This document shows positions 1 to 14,100 of a stretch of 64,000 nucleotides of DNA, one piece after another. The position numbers were made by a program, and so were the translations under genes. Position 1 is the stretch's first letter. Each line of letters begins with the position of its first letter. The DNA lies in the NCBI RefSeq assembly GCF_009914755.1, contig NC_060925.1; one strand, written 5' to 3'. The DNA is from the human T2T-CHM13v2.0 reference genome, Homo sapiens. The notes beneath the pieces were generated by a model. It saw nothing but the letters and a program-made list of their open reading frames with translations. It did no database searches and was not told where the DNA came from.

Positions 1-267
1 GAGAATCATCGAATGGACCCGAATGGAATCATCTAATGGAATGGAATGGAATAATCCATGGACTCGAATGCAATCATCATCGAATGGAATCGAATGGAAT
101 CATCGAATGGACTCGAATGGAATAATCATTGAACGGAATCGAATGGAATCATCATCGGATGGAAATGAATGGAATCATCATCGAATGGAATCGAATAGAA
201 TTATGGAATGAAATCCAGTGTGATCATCATCGAATGGACCCGAATGGAATCATCATCCAACAGAAGC

Positions 268-278
268 TAATGGAATCA
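268..278 (+). promoter_or_regulatory. Candidate DUX4-binding motif TAATGGAATCA (example; recurs in nearly every unit, second site e.g. 1111-1121)
   Basis: Matches the DUX4 consensus TAAYBBAATCA, and HSATII is an established DUX4 target. Occupancy here is not shown by sequence. Confidence 0.5.
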
Positions 279-331
279 ACATCGAATGAATCAAATGGAA
301 ACACCATCGAATTGAAACGAATGGAATTATC

Positions 332-2107
332 ATGAAATTGAAATGGATGGACTCATCATCGAATGGATTCGAATGGAATCATCGAATAAAATTGATTGAA
401 ATCATCATCGAATGGAATCGAATGGTATCATTGAATGGAATCGAATGGAATCATCATCAGATGGAAATGAATGGAATCGTCATAGAATGGAATCGAATGG
501 ATTCATTGAATGGAATCAGATGGAATCATCGAATGGACTGGAATGGAATCATTGAATGGACTCGAAAGGGATCATGATTGAATGGAATTTAATGGAATCA
601 TCGAATGGTCTGGATTGGAATCATTATCAAATGGAATCGAATGGAATCACCGAATAGAATCGAATGGAACAATCATCGAATGGACTCAAATGGAATTATC
701 CTCAAATGGAATCGAATGGAATTATCGAATGCAATCGAATGGAATTATCGAATGCAATCGAATAGAATCATCGAATGGACTCGAATGGAATCATCGAATG
801 GAATGGAATGGAACAGTCAATGAACTCGAATGGAATCATCATTGAATGGAATCGAATGGAATCATCGAGTGGACTCGAATGGAATTATGATCAAATGGAA
901 TCGAATGTTATCATCATCAAATGGAATCAAAAATAACCATCATCAATTGGTATTGAATGGAATTGTCATCAAATGGAATTCAAAGGAATCATCATCAAAT
1001 GGAACCGAATGGAATCCTCATTGAATGGAAATGAAAGGGGTCATCATCTAATGGAATCGCATGGAATCATCATCAAATGGAATCGAATGGAATCATCATC
1101 AAATGGAATCTAATGGAATCATTGAACAGAATTGAATGGAATCGTCATCGAATGAATTGAATGCAATCATCGAATGGTCTCGAATGGAATCATCTTCTAA
1201 TGGAAAGGAATGGAATCATCGCATAGAATCGAATGGAATTATCATCGAATGGAATCGAATGGTATCAACACCAAACGGAAAAAAACGGAATTATCGAATG
1301 GAATCGAAGAGAATCTTCGAACGGACCCGAATGGAATCATCTAATGGAATGGAATGGAATAATCCATGGACTCGAATGCAATCAAAATCGAATGGAATCG
1401 AATGGAATCATCGAATGGACTCGAATGGAATAATCATTGAACGGAATCGAATGGAATCATCATCGGATGGAAACGAATGGAATCATCAACGAATGGAAAT
1501 GAAAGGAGTCATCATCTAATGGAATTGCATGGAATCATCATAAAATGGAATCGAATGGAATCAACATCAAATGGAATCAAATGGAATCATTTAACGGAAT
1601 TGAATGGAATCGTCATCGAATGAATTGACTGCAATCATCCAATGGTCTCGAATGGAATCATCTTCAAATGGAATGGAATGGAATCATCGCATAGAATCGA
1701 ATGGAATTATCATCGAATGGAATCGAATGGAATCAACATCAAACGGAAAAAAAAGGAATTATCGAATGGAATCGAAGAGAATCATCGAATGGACCCGAAT
1801 GGAATCATCTAATGGAATGGAATGGAATAATCCATGGACTTGAATGCAATCATCATCGAATGGAATCGAATGGAATCATCGAATGGACTCGAATGGAATA
1901 ATCATTGAACGGAATCGAATGGAATCATCATCGGATGGAAATGAATGGAATCATCATCGAATGGAATCGAATAGAATTATGGAATGAAATCCAGTGTGAT
2001 CATCATCGAATGGACCCGAATGGAATCATCATCCAACGGAAGCTAATGGAATCAACATCGAATGAATCGAATGGAAACACCATCGAATTGAAACGAATGG
2101 AATTATC
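332..2107 (+). repeat. Representative 1776-bp repeat unit (arbitrary phase)
   Basis: Once-per-unit landmarks (AAAGGGATCAT, GGAACAGTCAATG, CAAAAATAACC, GAATTCAAAGG at 976, TCCAGTGTG) recur at +1776. A single EcoRI site per unit fits the classic 1.77-kb EcoRI satellite fragment. Confidence 0.95.
1023..1958 (+). repeat. Internal 468-bp tandem duplication within each unit (block A ~1023-1490, block B ~1491-1958)
   Basis: GAATGGAAATGAAAGG at 1023 and 1491; equivalent ORF starts at 1136 and 1604. Typical A/B differences: GGGGTC/GGAGTC, TCGCAT/TTGCAT, GAACAG/GAACGG, TTCTAATGGAAAGG/TTCAAATGGAATGG, GGTATCAACACC/GGAATCAACATC, TCTTCGAACGG/TCATCGAATGG, GGAAACG/GGAAATG. Confidence 0.93.
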
Positions 2108-5100
2108 ATGAAATTGAAATGGATGGACTCATCATCGAATGGATTCGAATGGAATCATCGAATAAAATTGATTGAAATCATCATCCAATGGAATCGAATG
2201 GTATCATTGAATGGAATCGAATGGAATCATCATCAGATGGAAATGAATGGAATCGTCATAGAATGGAATCGAATGGATTCATTGAATGGAATCAGATGGA
2301 ATCATCGAATGGACTGGAATGGAATCATTGAATGGACTCGAAAGGGATCATGATTGAATGGAATTGAATGGAATCATCGAATGGTCTCGATTGGAATCAT
2401 TATCAAATGGAATCGAATGGAATCACCGAATAGAATCGAATGGAACAATCATCGAATGGACTCAAATGGAATTATCCTCCAATGGAATCGAATGGAATTA
2501 TCGAATGCAATCGAATGGAATTATCGAATGCAATCGAATAGAATCATCGAATGGACTCGAATGGAATCATCGAATGGAATGGAATGGAACAGTCAATGAA
2601 CTCGAATGGAATCATCATTGAATGGAATCGAATGGAATCATCGAGTGGAATCGAATGGAATTATGATCAAATGGAATGGAATGTAATCATCATCAAATGG
2701 AATCAAAAATAACCATCATCAATTGGTATTGAATGGAATTGTCATCAAATGGAATTCAAAGGAATCATCATCAAATGGAACCGAATGGAATCCTCATTGA
2801 ATGGAAATGAAAGGGGTCATCATCTAATGGAATCGCATGGAATCATCATCAAATGGAATCGAATGGAATCATCATCAAATGGAATCTAATGGAATCATTG
2901 AACAGAATTGAATGGAATCGTCATCGAATGAATTGAATGCAATCATCGAATGGTCTCGAATGGAATCATCTTCTAATGGAAAGGAATGGAATCATCGCAT
3001 AGAATCGAATGGAATTATCATCGAATGGAATCGAATGGTATCAACACCAAACGGAAAAAAACGGAATTATCGAATGGAATCGAAGAGAATCTTCGAACGG
3101 ACCCGAATGGAATCATCTAATGGAATGGAATGGAATAATCCATGGACTCGAATGCAATCATCATCGAATGGAATCGAATGGAATCATCGAATGGACTTGA
3201 ATGGAATAATCATTGAACGGAATCGATTGGAATCATCATCGGATGGAAACGAATGGAATCATCATCGAATGGAAATGAAAGGAGTCATCATCTAATGGAA
3301 TTGCATGGAATCATCATAAAATGGAATCGAATGGAATCAACATCAAATGGAATCAAATGGAATCATTGAACGGAATTGAATGGAATCGTCATCGAATGAA
3401 TTGACTGCAATCATCCAATGGTCTCGAATGGAATCATCTTCAAATGGAATGGAATGGAATCATCGCATAGAATCGAATGGAATTATCATCGAATGGAATC
3501 GAATGGAATCAACATCCAACGGAAAAAAACGGAATTATCGAATGGAATCGAAGAGAATCATCGAATGGACCCGAATGGAATCATCTAATGGAATGGAATG
3601 GAATAATCCATGGACTCGAATGCAATCATCATCGAATGGAATCGAATGGAATCATCGAATGGACTCGAATGGAATAATCATTGAACGGAATCGAATGGAA
3701 TCATCATCGGATGGAAATGAATGGAATCATCATCGAATGGAATCGAATAGAATTATGGAATGAAATCCAGTGTGATCATCATCGAATGGACCCGAATGGA
3801 ATCATCATCCAACGGAAGCTAATGGAATCAACATCGAATGAATCAAATGGAAACACCATCGAATTGAAACGAATGGAATTATCATGAAATTGAAATGGAT
3901 GGACTCATCATCGAATGGATTCGAATGGAATCATCGAATAAAATTGATTGAAATCATCATCGAATGGAATCCAATGGTATCATTGAATGGAATCGAATGG
4001 AATCATCATCAGATGGAAATGAATGGAATCGTCATAGAATGGAATCGAATGGATTCATTGAATGGAATCAGATGGAATCATCGAATGGACTGGAATGGAA
4101 TCATTGAATGGACTCGAAAGGGATCATGATTGAATGGAATTGAATGGAATCATCGAATGGTCTCGATTGGAATCATTATCAAATGGAATCGAATGGAATC
4201 ACCGAATAGAATCGAATGGAACAATCATCGAATGGACTCAAATGGAATTATCCTCAAATGGAATCGAATGGAATTATCGAATGCAATCGAATGGAATTAT
4301 CGATTGCAATCGAATAGAATCATCGAATGGACTCGAATGGAATCATCGAATGGAATGGAATGGAACAGTCAATGAACTCGAATGGAATCATCATTGAATG
4401 GAATCGAATGGAATCATCGAGTGGAATCGAATGGAATTATGATCAAATGGAATCGAATGTAATCATCATCAAATGGAATCAAAAATAACCATCATCAATT
4501 GGTATTGAATGGAATTGTCATCAAATGGAATTCAAAGGAATCATCATCAAATGGAACCGAATGGAATCCTCATTGAATGGAAATGAAAGGGGTCATCATC
4601 TAATGGAATCGCATGGAATCATCATCAAATGGAATCGAATGGAATCATCATCAAATGGAATCTAATGGAATCATTGAACAGAATTGAATGGAATCGTCAT
4701 CGAATGAATTGAATGCAATCATCGAATGGTCTCGAATGGAATCATCTTCTAATGGAAAGGAATGGAATCATCGCATAGAATCGAATGGAATTATCATCGA
4801 ATGGAATCGAATGGTATCAACACCAAACGGAAAAAAACGGAATTATCGAATGGAATCGAAGAGAATCTTCGAACGGACCCGAATGGAATCATCTAATGGA
4901 ATGGAATGGAATAATCCATGGACTCGAATGCAATCATCATCGAAAGGAATCGAATGGAATCATCGAATGGACTCGAATGGAATAATCATTGAACGGAATC
5001 GATTGGAACCATCATCGGATGGAAACGAATGGAATCATCATCGAATGGAAATGAAAGGAGTAATCATCTAATGGAATTGCATGGAATCATCATAAAATGG

Positions 5101-8100
5101 AATCGAATGGAATCAACATCAAATGGAATCAAATGGAATCATTGAACGGAATTGAATGGAATCGTCATCGAATGAATTGACTGCAATCATCCAATGGTCT
5201 CGAATGGAATCATCTTCAAATGGAATGGAATGGAATCATCGCATAGAATCGAATGGAATTATCATCGAATGGAATCGAATGGAATCAACATCCAACGGAA
5301 AAAAACGGAATTATCGAATGGAATCGAAGAGAATCATCGAATGGACCCGAATGGAATCATCTAATGGAATGGAATGGAATAATCCATGGACTCGAATGCA
5401 ATCATCATCGAATGGAATCGAATGGAATCATCGAATGGACTCGAATGGAATAATCATTGAACGGAATCGAATGGAATCATCATCGGATGGAAATGAATGG
5501 AATCATCATCGAATGGAATCGAATAGAATTATGGAATGAAATCCAGTGTGATCATCATCGAATGGACCCGAATGGAATCATCATCCAACGGAAGCTAATG
5601 GAATCAACATCGAATGAATCAAATGGAAACACCATCGAATTGAAACGAATGGAATTATCATGAAATTGAAATGGATGGACTCATCATCGAATGGATTCGA
5701 ATGGAATCATCGAATAAAATTGATTGAAATCATCATCGAATGGAATCGAATGGTATCATTGAATGGAATCGAATGGAATCATCATCAGATGGAAATGAAT
5801 GGAATCGTCATAGAATGGAATCGAATGGATTCATTGAATGGAATCAGATGGAATCATCGAATGGACTGGAATGGAATCATTGAATGGACTCGAAAGGGAT
5901 CATGATTGAATGGAATTTAATGGAATCATCGAATGGTCTGGATTGGAATCATTATCAAATGGAATCGAATGGAATCACCGAATAGAATCGAATGGAACAA
6001 TCATCGAATGGACTCAAATGGAATTATCCTCCAATGGAATCGAATGGAATTATCGAATGCAATCGAATGGAATTATCGAATGCAATCGAATAGAATCATC
6101 GAATGGACTCGAATGGAATCATCGAATGGAATGGAATGGAACAGTCAATGAACTCGAATGGAATCATCATTGAATGGAATCGAATGGAATCATCGAGTGG
6201 AATCGAATGGAATTATGATCAAATGGAATCGAATGTAATCATCATCAAATGGAATCAAAAATAACCATCATCAATTGGTATTGAATGGAATTGTCATCAA
6301 ATGGAATTCAAAGGAATCATCATCAAATGGAACCGAATGGAATCCTCATTGAATGGAAATGAAAGGGGTCATCATCTAATGGAATCGCATGGAATCATCA
6401 TCAAATGGAATCGAATGGAATCATCATCAAATGGAATCTAATGGAATCATTGAACAGAATTGAATGGAATCGTCATCGAATGAATTGAATGCAATCATCG
6501 AATGGTCTCGAATGGAATCATCTTCTAATGGAAAGGAATGGAATCATCGCATAGAATCGAATGGAATTATCATCGAATGGAATCGAATGGTATCAACACC
6601 AAACGGAAAAAAACGGAATTATCGAATGGAATCGAAGAGAATCTTCGAACGGACCCGAATGGAATCATCTAATGGAATGGAATGGAATAATCCATGGACT
6701 CGAATGCAATCATCATCGAAAGGAATCGAATGGAATCATCGAATGGACTCGAATGGAATAATCATTGAACGGAATCGATTGGAATCATCATCGGATGGAA
6801 ACGAATGGAATCATCATCGAATGGAAATGAAAGGAGTAATCATCTAATGGAATTGCATGGAATCATCATAAAATGGAATCGAATGGAATCAACATCAAAT
6901 GGAATCAAATGGAATCATTGAACGGAATTGAATGGAATCGTCATCGAATGAATTGACTGCAATCATCCAATGGTCTCGAATGGAATCATCTTCAAATGGA
7001 ATGGAATGGAATCATCGCATAGAATCGAATGGAATTATCATCGAATGGAATCGAATGGAATCAACATCCAACGGAAAAAAACGGAATTATCGAATGGAAT
7101 CGAAGAGAATCATCGAATGGACCCGAATGGAATCATCTAATGGAATGGAATGGAATAATCCATGGACTCGAATGCAATCATCATCGAATGGAATCGAATG
7201 GAATCATCGAATGGACTCGAATGGAATAATCATTGAACGGAATCGAATGGAATCATCATCGGATGGAAATGAATGGAATCATCATCGAATGGAATCGAAT
7301 AGAATTATGGAATGAAATCCAGTGTGATCATCATCGAATGGACCCGAATGGAATCATCATCCAACGGAAGCTAATGGAATCAACATCGAATGAATCAAAT
7401 GGAAACACCATCGAATTGAAACGAATGGAATTATCATGAAATTGAAATGGATGGACTCATCATCGAATGGATTCGAATGGAATCATCGAATAAAATTGAT
7501 TGAAATCATCATCGAATGGAATCGAATGGTATCATTGAATGGAATCGAATGGAATCATCATCAGATGGAAATGAATGGAATCGTCATAGAATGGAATCGA
7601 ATGGATTCATTGAATGGAATCAGATGGAATCATCGAATGGACTGGAATGGAATCATTGAATGGACTCGAAAGGGATCATGATTGAATGGAATTTAATGGA
7701 ATCATCGAATGGTCTGGATTGGAATCATTATCAAATGGAATCGAATGGAATCACCGAATAGAATCGAATGGAACAATCATCGAATGGACTCAAATGGAAT
7801 TATCCTCAAATGGAATCGAATGGAATTATCGAATGCAATCGAATGGAATTATCGAATGCAATCGAATAGAATCATCGAATGGACTCGAATGGAATCATCG
7901 AATGGAATGGAATGGAACAGTCAATGAACTCGAATGGAATCATCATTGAATGGAATCGAATGGAATCATCGAGTGGAATCGAATGGAATTATGATCAAAT
8001 GGAATCGAATGTTATCATCATCAAATGGAATCAAAAATAACCATCATCAATTGGTATTGAATGGAATTGTCATCAAATGGAATTCAAAGGAATCATCATC

Positions 8101-11100
8101 AAATGGAACCGAATGGAATCCTCATTGAATGGAAATGAAAGGGGTCATCATCTAATGGAATCGCATGGAATCATCATCAAATGGAATCGAATGGAATCAT
8201 CATCAAATGGAATCTAATGGAATCATTGAACAGAATTGAATGGAATCGTCATCGAATGAATTGAATGCAATCATCGAATGGTCTCGAATGGAATCATCTT
8301 CTAATGGAAAGGAATGGAATCATCGCATAGAATCGAATGGAATTATCATCGAATGGAATCGAATGGTATCAACACCAAACGGAAAAAAACGGAATTATCG
8401 AATGGAATCGAAGAGAATCTTCGAACGGACCCGAATGGAATCATCTAATGGAATGGAATGGAATAATCCATGGACTCGAATGCAATCAAAATCGAATGGA
8501 ATCGAATGGAATCATCGAATGGACTCGAATGGAATAATCATTGAACGGAATCGAATGGAATCATCATCGGATGGAAACGAATGGAATCATCAACGAATGG
8601 AAATGAAAGGAGTCATCATCTAATGGAATTGCATGGAATCATCATAAAATGGAATCGAATGGAATCAACATCAAATGGAATCAAATGGAATCATTGAACG
8701 GAATTGAATGGAATCGTCATCGAATGAATTGACTGCAATCATCCAATGGTCTCGAATGGAATCATCTTCAAATGGAATGGAATGGAATCATCGCATAGAA
8801 TCGAATGGAATTATCATCGAATGGAATCGAATGGAATCAACATCAAACGGAAAAAAACGGAATTATCGAATGGAATCGAAGAGAATCATCGAATGGACCC
8901 GAATGGAATCATCTAATGGAATGGAATGGAATAATCCATGGACTCGAATGCAATCATCATCGAATGGAATCGAATGGAATCATCGAATGGACTCGAATGG
9001 AATAATCATTGAACGGAATCGAATGGAATCATCATCGGATGGAAATGAATGGAATCATCATCGAATGGAATCGAATAGAATTATGGAATGAAATCCAGTG
9101 TGATCATCATCGAATGGACCCGAATGGAATCATCATCCAACGGAAGCTAATGGAATCAACATCGAATGAGTCGAATGGAAACACCATCGAATTGAAACGA
9201 ATGGAATTATCATGAAATTGAAATGGATGGACTCATCATCGAATGGATTCGAATGGAATCATCGAATAAAATTGATTGAAATCATCATCCAATGGAATCG
9301 AATGGTATCATTGAATGGAATCGAATGGAATCATCATCAGATGGAAATGAATGGAATCGTCATAGAATGGAATCGAATGGATTCATTGAATGGAATCAGA
9401 TGGAATCATCGAATGGACTGGAATGGAATCATTGAATGGACTCGAAAGGGATCATGATTGAATGGAATTGAATGGAATCATCGAATGGTCTCGATTGGAA
9501 TCATTATCAAATGGAATCGAATGGAATCACCGAATAGAATCGAATGGAACAATCATCGAATGGACTCAAATGGAATTATCCTCCAATGGAATCGAATGGA
9601 ATTATCGAATGCAATCGAATGGAATTATCGAATGCAATCGAATAGAATCATCGAATGGACTCGAATGGAATCATCGAATGGAATGGAATGGAACAGTCAA
9701 TGAACTCGAATGGAATCATCATTGAATGGAATCGAATGGAATCATCGAGTGGAATCGAATGGAATTATGATCAAATGGAATGGAATGTAATCATCATCAA
9801 ATGGAATCAAAAATAACCATCATCAATTGGTATTGAATGGAATTGTCATCAAATGGAATTCAAAGGAATCATCATCAAATGGAACCGAATGGAATCCTCA
9901 TTGAATGGAAATGAAAGGGGTCATCATCTAATGGAATCGCATGGAATCATCATCAAATGGAATCGAATGGAATCATCATCAAATGGAATCTAATGGAATC
10001 ATTGAACAGAATTGAATGGAATCGTCATCGAATGAATTGAATGCAATCATCGAATGGTCTCGAATGGAATCATCTTCTAATGGAAAGGAATGGAATCATC
10101 GCATAGAATCGAATGGAATTATCATCGAATGGAATCGAATGGTATCAACACCAAACGGAAAAAAACGGAATTATCGAATGGAATCGAAGAGAATCTTCGA
10201 ACGGACCCGAATGGAATCATCTAATGGAATGGAATGGAATAATCCATGGACTCGAATGCAATCATCATCGAATGGAATCGAATGGAATCATCGAATGGAC
10301 TTGAATGGAATAATCATTGAACGGAATCGATTGGAATCATCATCGGATGGAAACGAATGGAATCATCATCGAATGGAAATGAAAGGAGTCATCATCTAAT
10401 GGAATTGCATGGAATCATCATAAAATGGAATCGAATGGAATCAACATCAAATGGAATCAAATGGAATCATTGAACGGAATTGAATGGAATCGTCATCGAA
10501 TGAATTGACTGCAATCATCCAATGGTCTCGAATGGAATCATCTTCAAATGGAATGGAATGGAATCATCGCATAGAATCGAATGGAATTATCATCGAATGG
10601 AATCGAATGGAATCAACATCAAACGGAAAAAAACGGAATTATCGAATGGAATCGAAGAGAATCATCGAATGGACCCGAATGGAATCATCTAATGGAATGG
10701 AATGGAATAATCCATGGACTCGAATGCAATCATCATCGAATGGAATCGAATGGAATCATCGAATGGACTCGAATGGAATAATCATTGAACGGAATCGAAT
10801 GGAATCATCATCGGATGGAAATGAATGGAATCATCATCGAATGGAATCGAATAGAATTATGGAATGAAATCCAGTGTGATCATCATCGAATGGACCCGAA
10901 TGGAATCATCATCCAACGGAAGCTAATGGAATCAACATCGAATGAATCAAATGGAAACACCATCGAATTGAAACGAATGGAATTATCATGAAATTGAAAT
11001 GGATGGACTCATCATCGAATGGATTCGAATGGAATCATCGAATAAAATTGATTGAAATCATCATCGAATGGAATCGAATGGTATCATTGAATGGAATCGA

Positions 11101-14100
11101 ATGGAATCATCATCAGATGGAAATGAATGGAATCGTCATAGAATGGAATCGAATGGATTCATTGAATGGAATCAGATGGAATCATCGAATGGACTGGAAT
11201 GGAATCATTGAATGGACTCGAAAGGGATCATTATTGAATGGAATTGAATGGAATCATCGAATGGTCTGGATTGGAATCATTATCAAATGGAATCGAATGG
11301 AATCACCGAATAGAATCGAATGGAACAATCATCGAATGGACTCAAATGGAATTATCCTCAAATGGAATCGAATGGAATTATCGAATGCAATCGAATGGAA
11401 TTATCGAATGCAATCGAATAGAATCATCGAATGGACTCGAATGGAATCATCGAATGGAATGGAATGGAACAGTCAATGAACTCGAATGGAATCATCATTG
11501 AATGGAATCGAATGGAATCATCGAGTGGAATCGAATGGAATTATGATCAAATGGAATCGAATGTTATCATCATCAAATGGAATCAAAAATAACCATCATC
11601 AATTGGTATTGAATGGAATTGTCATCAAATGGAATTCAAAGGAATCATCATCAAATGGAACCGAATGGAATCCTCATTGAATGGAAATGAAAGGGGTCAT
11701 CATCTAATGGAATCGCATGGAATCATCATCAAATGGAATCGAATGGAATCATCATCAAATGGAATCTAATGGAATCATTGAACAGAATTGAATGGAATCG
11801 TCATCGAATGAATTGAATGCAATCATCGAATGGTCTCGAATGGAATCATCTTCTAATGGAAAGGAATGGAATCATCGCATAGAATCGAATGGAATTATCA
11901 TCGAATGGAATCGAATGGTATCAACACCAAACGGAAAAAAACGGAATTATCGAATGGAATCGAAGAGAATCTTCGAACGGACCCGAATGGAATCATCTAA
12001 TGGAATGGAATGGAATAATCCATGGACTCGAATGCAATCAAAATCGAATGTAATCGAATGGAATCATCGAATGGACTCGAATGGAATAATCATTGAACGG
12101 AATCGAATGGAATCATCATCGGATGGAAACGAATGGAATCATCATCGAATGGAAATGAAAGGAGTCATCATCTAATGGAATTGCATGGAATCATCATAAA
12201 ATGGAATCGAATGGAATCAACATCAAATGGAATCAAATGGAATCATTGAACGGAATTGAATGGAATCGTCATCGAATGAATTGACTGCAATCATCCAATG
12301 GTCTCGAATGGAATCATCTTCAAATGGAATGGAATGGAATCATCGCATAGAATCGAATGGAATTATCATCGAGTGGAATCGAATGGAATCAACATCAAAC
12401 GGAAAAAAACGGAATTATCGAATGGAATCGAAGAGAATCATCGAATGGACCCGAATGGAATCATCTAATGGAATGGAATGGAATAATCCATGGACTCGAA
12501 TGCAATCATCATCGAATGGAATCAAATGGAATCATCGAATGGACTCGAATGGAATAATCATTGAACGGAATCGAATGGAATCGTCATCGGATGGAAATGA
12601 ATGGAATCATCATCGAATGGAATCGAATAGAATTATGGAATGAAATCCAGTGTGATCATCATCGAATGGACCCGAATGGAATCATCATCCAACGGAAGCT
12701 AATGGAATCAACATCGAATGAATCAAATGGAAACACCATCGAATTGAAACGAATGGAATTATCATGAAATTGAAATGGATGGACTCATCATCGAATGGAT
12801 TCGAATGGAATCATCGAATAAAATTGATTGAAATCATCATCCAATGGAATCGAATGGTATCATTGAGTGGAATCGAATGGAATCATCATCAGATGGAAAT
12901 GAATGGAATCGTCATAGAATGGAATCGAATGGATTCATTGAATGGAATCAGATGGAATCATCGAATGGACTGGAATGGAATCATTGAATGGACTCGAAAG
13001 GGATCATTATTGAATGGAATTGAATGGAATCATCGAATGGTCTCGATTGGAATCATTATCAAATGGAATCGAATGGAATCACCGAAGAGAATCGAATGGA
13101 ACAATCATTGAATGGACTCAAATGGAATTATCCTCAAATGGAATCGAATGGAATTATCGAATGCAATCGAATGGAATTATCGAATGCAATCGAATATAAT
13201 GATCGAATGGACTCGAATGGAATCATCGAATGGAATGGAATGGAACAGTCAATGAACTCGAATGGAATCATCATTGAATGGAATCGAATGGAATCATCGA
13301 GTGGAATCGAATGGAATTATGATCAAATTGCAATCGAATGTAATCCTCATCAAATGGAATCAAAAATAACCATCATCAATTGGTATTGAATGGAATTGTC
13401 ATCAAATGGAATTCAAAGGAATCATCATCAAATGGAACCGAATGGAATCCTCATTGAATGGAAATGAAAGGGGTCATCATCTAATGGAATCACATGGAAT
13501 CATCATCAAATGGAATCGAATGGAATCATCATCAAATGGAATCTAATGGAATCATTGAACAGAATTGAATGGAATCGTCATCGAATGAATTGAATGCAAT
13601 CATCGAATGGTCTCGAATGGAATCATCTTCTAATGGAAAGGAATGGAATCATCGCATAGAATCGAATGGAATTATCATCGAATGGAATCGAATGGTATCA
13701 ACACCAAACGGAAAAAAACGGTATTATCGAATGGAATCGAAGAGAATCTTCGAACGGACCCGAATGGAATCATCTAATGGAATGGAATGGAATAATCCAT
13801 GGACTCGAATGCAATCATCATCGAATGGAATCGAATGGAATCATCGAATGGACTCGAATGGAATAATCATTGAACGGAATCGAATGGAATCATCATCGGA
13901 TGGAAACGAATGGAATCATCATCGAATGGAAATGAAAGGAGTCATCATCTAATGGAATTGCATGGAATCATCATAAAATGGAATCGAATGGAATCAACAT
14001 CAAATGGAATCAAATGGAATCATTGAACGGAATTGAATGGAATCGTCATCGAATGAATTGACTGCAATCATCGAATGGTCTCGAATGGAATCATCTTCAA

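Noticed and set aside
384-390. AATAAA once per unit as a polyadenylation signal
   Set aside because: It is a degenerate satellite word (GAATAAAATT) in A-rich sequence with no supporting transcript evidence.
1023-1958. 468 = 18x26 and 442 = 17x26 suggesting a strict 26-bp lattice
   Set aside because: The block mixes 10-, 13-, 16-bp and pentamer words, and 1308 and 1776 are not multiples of 26, so this is probably coincidence.
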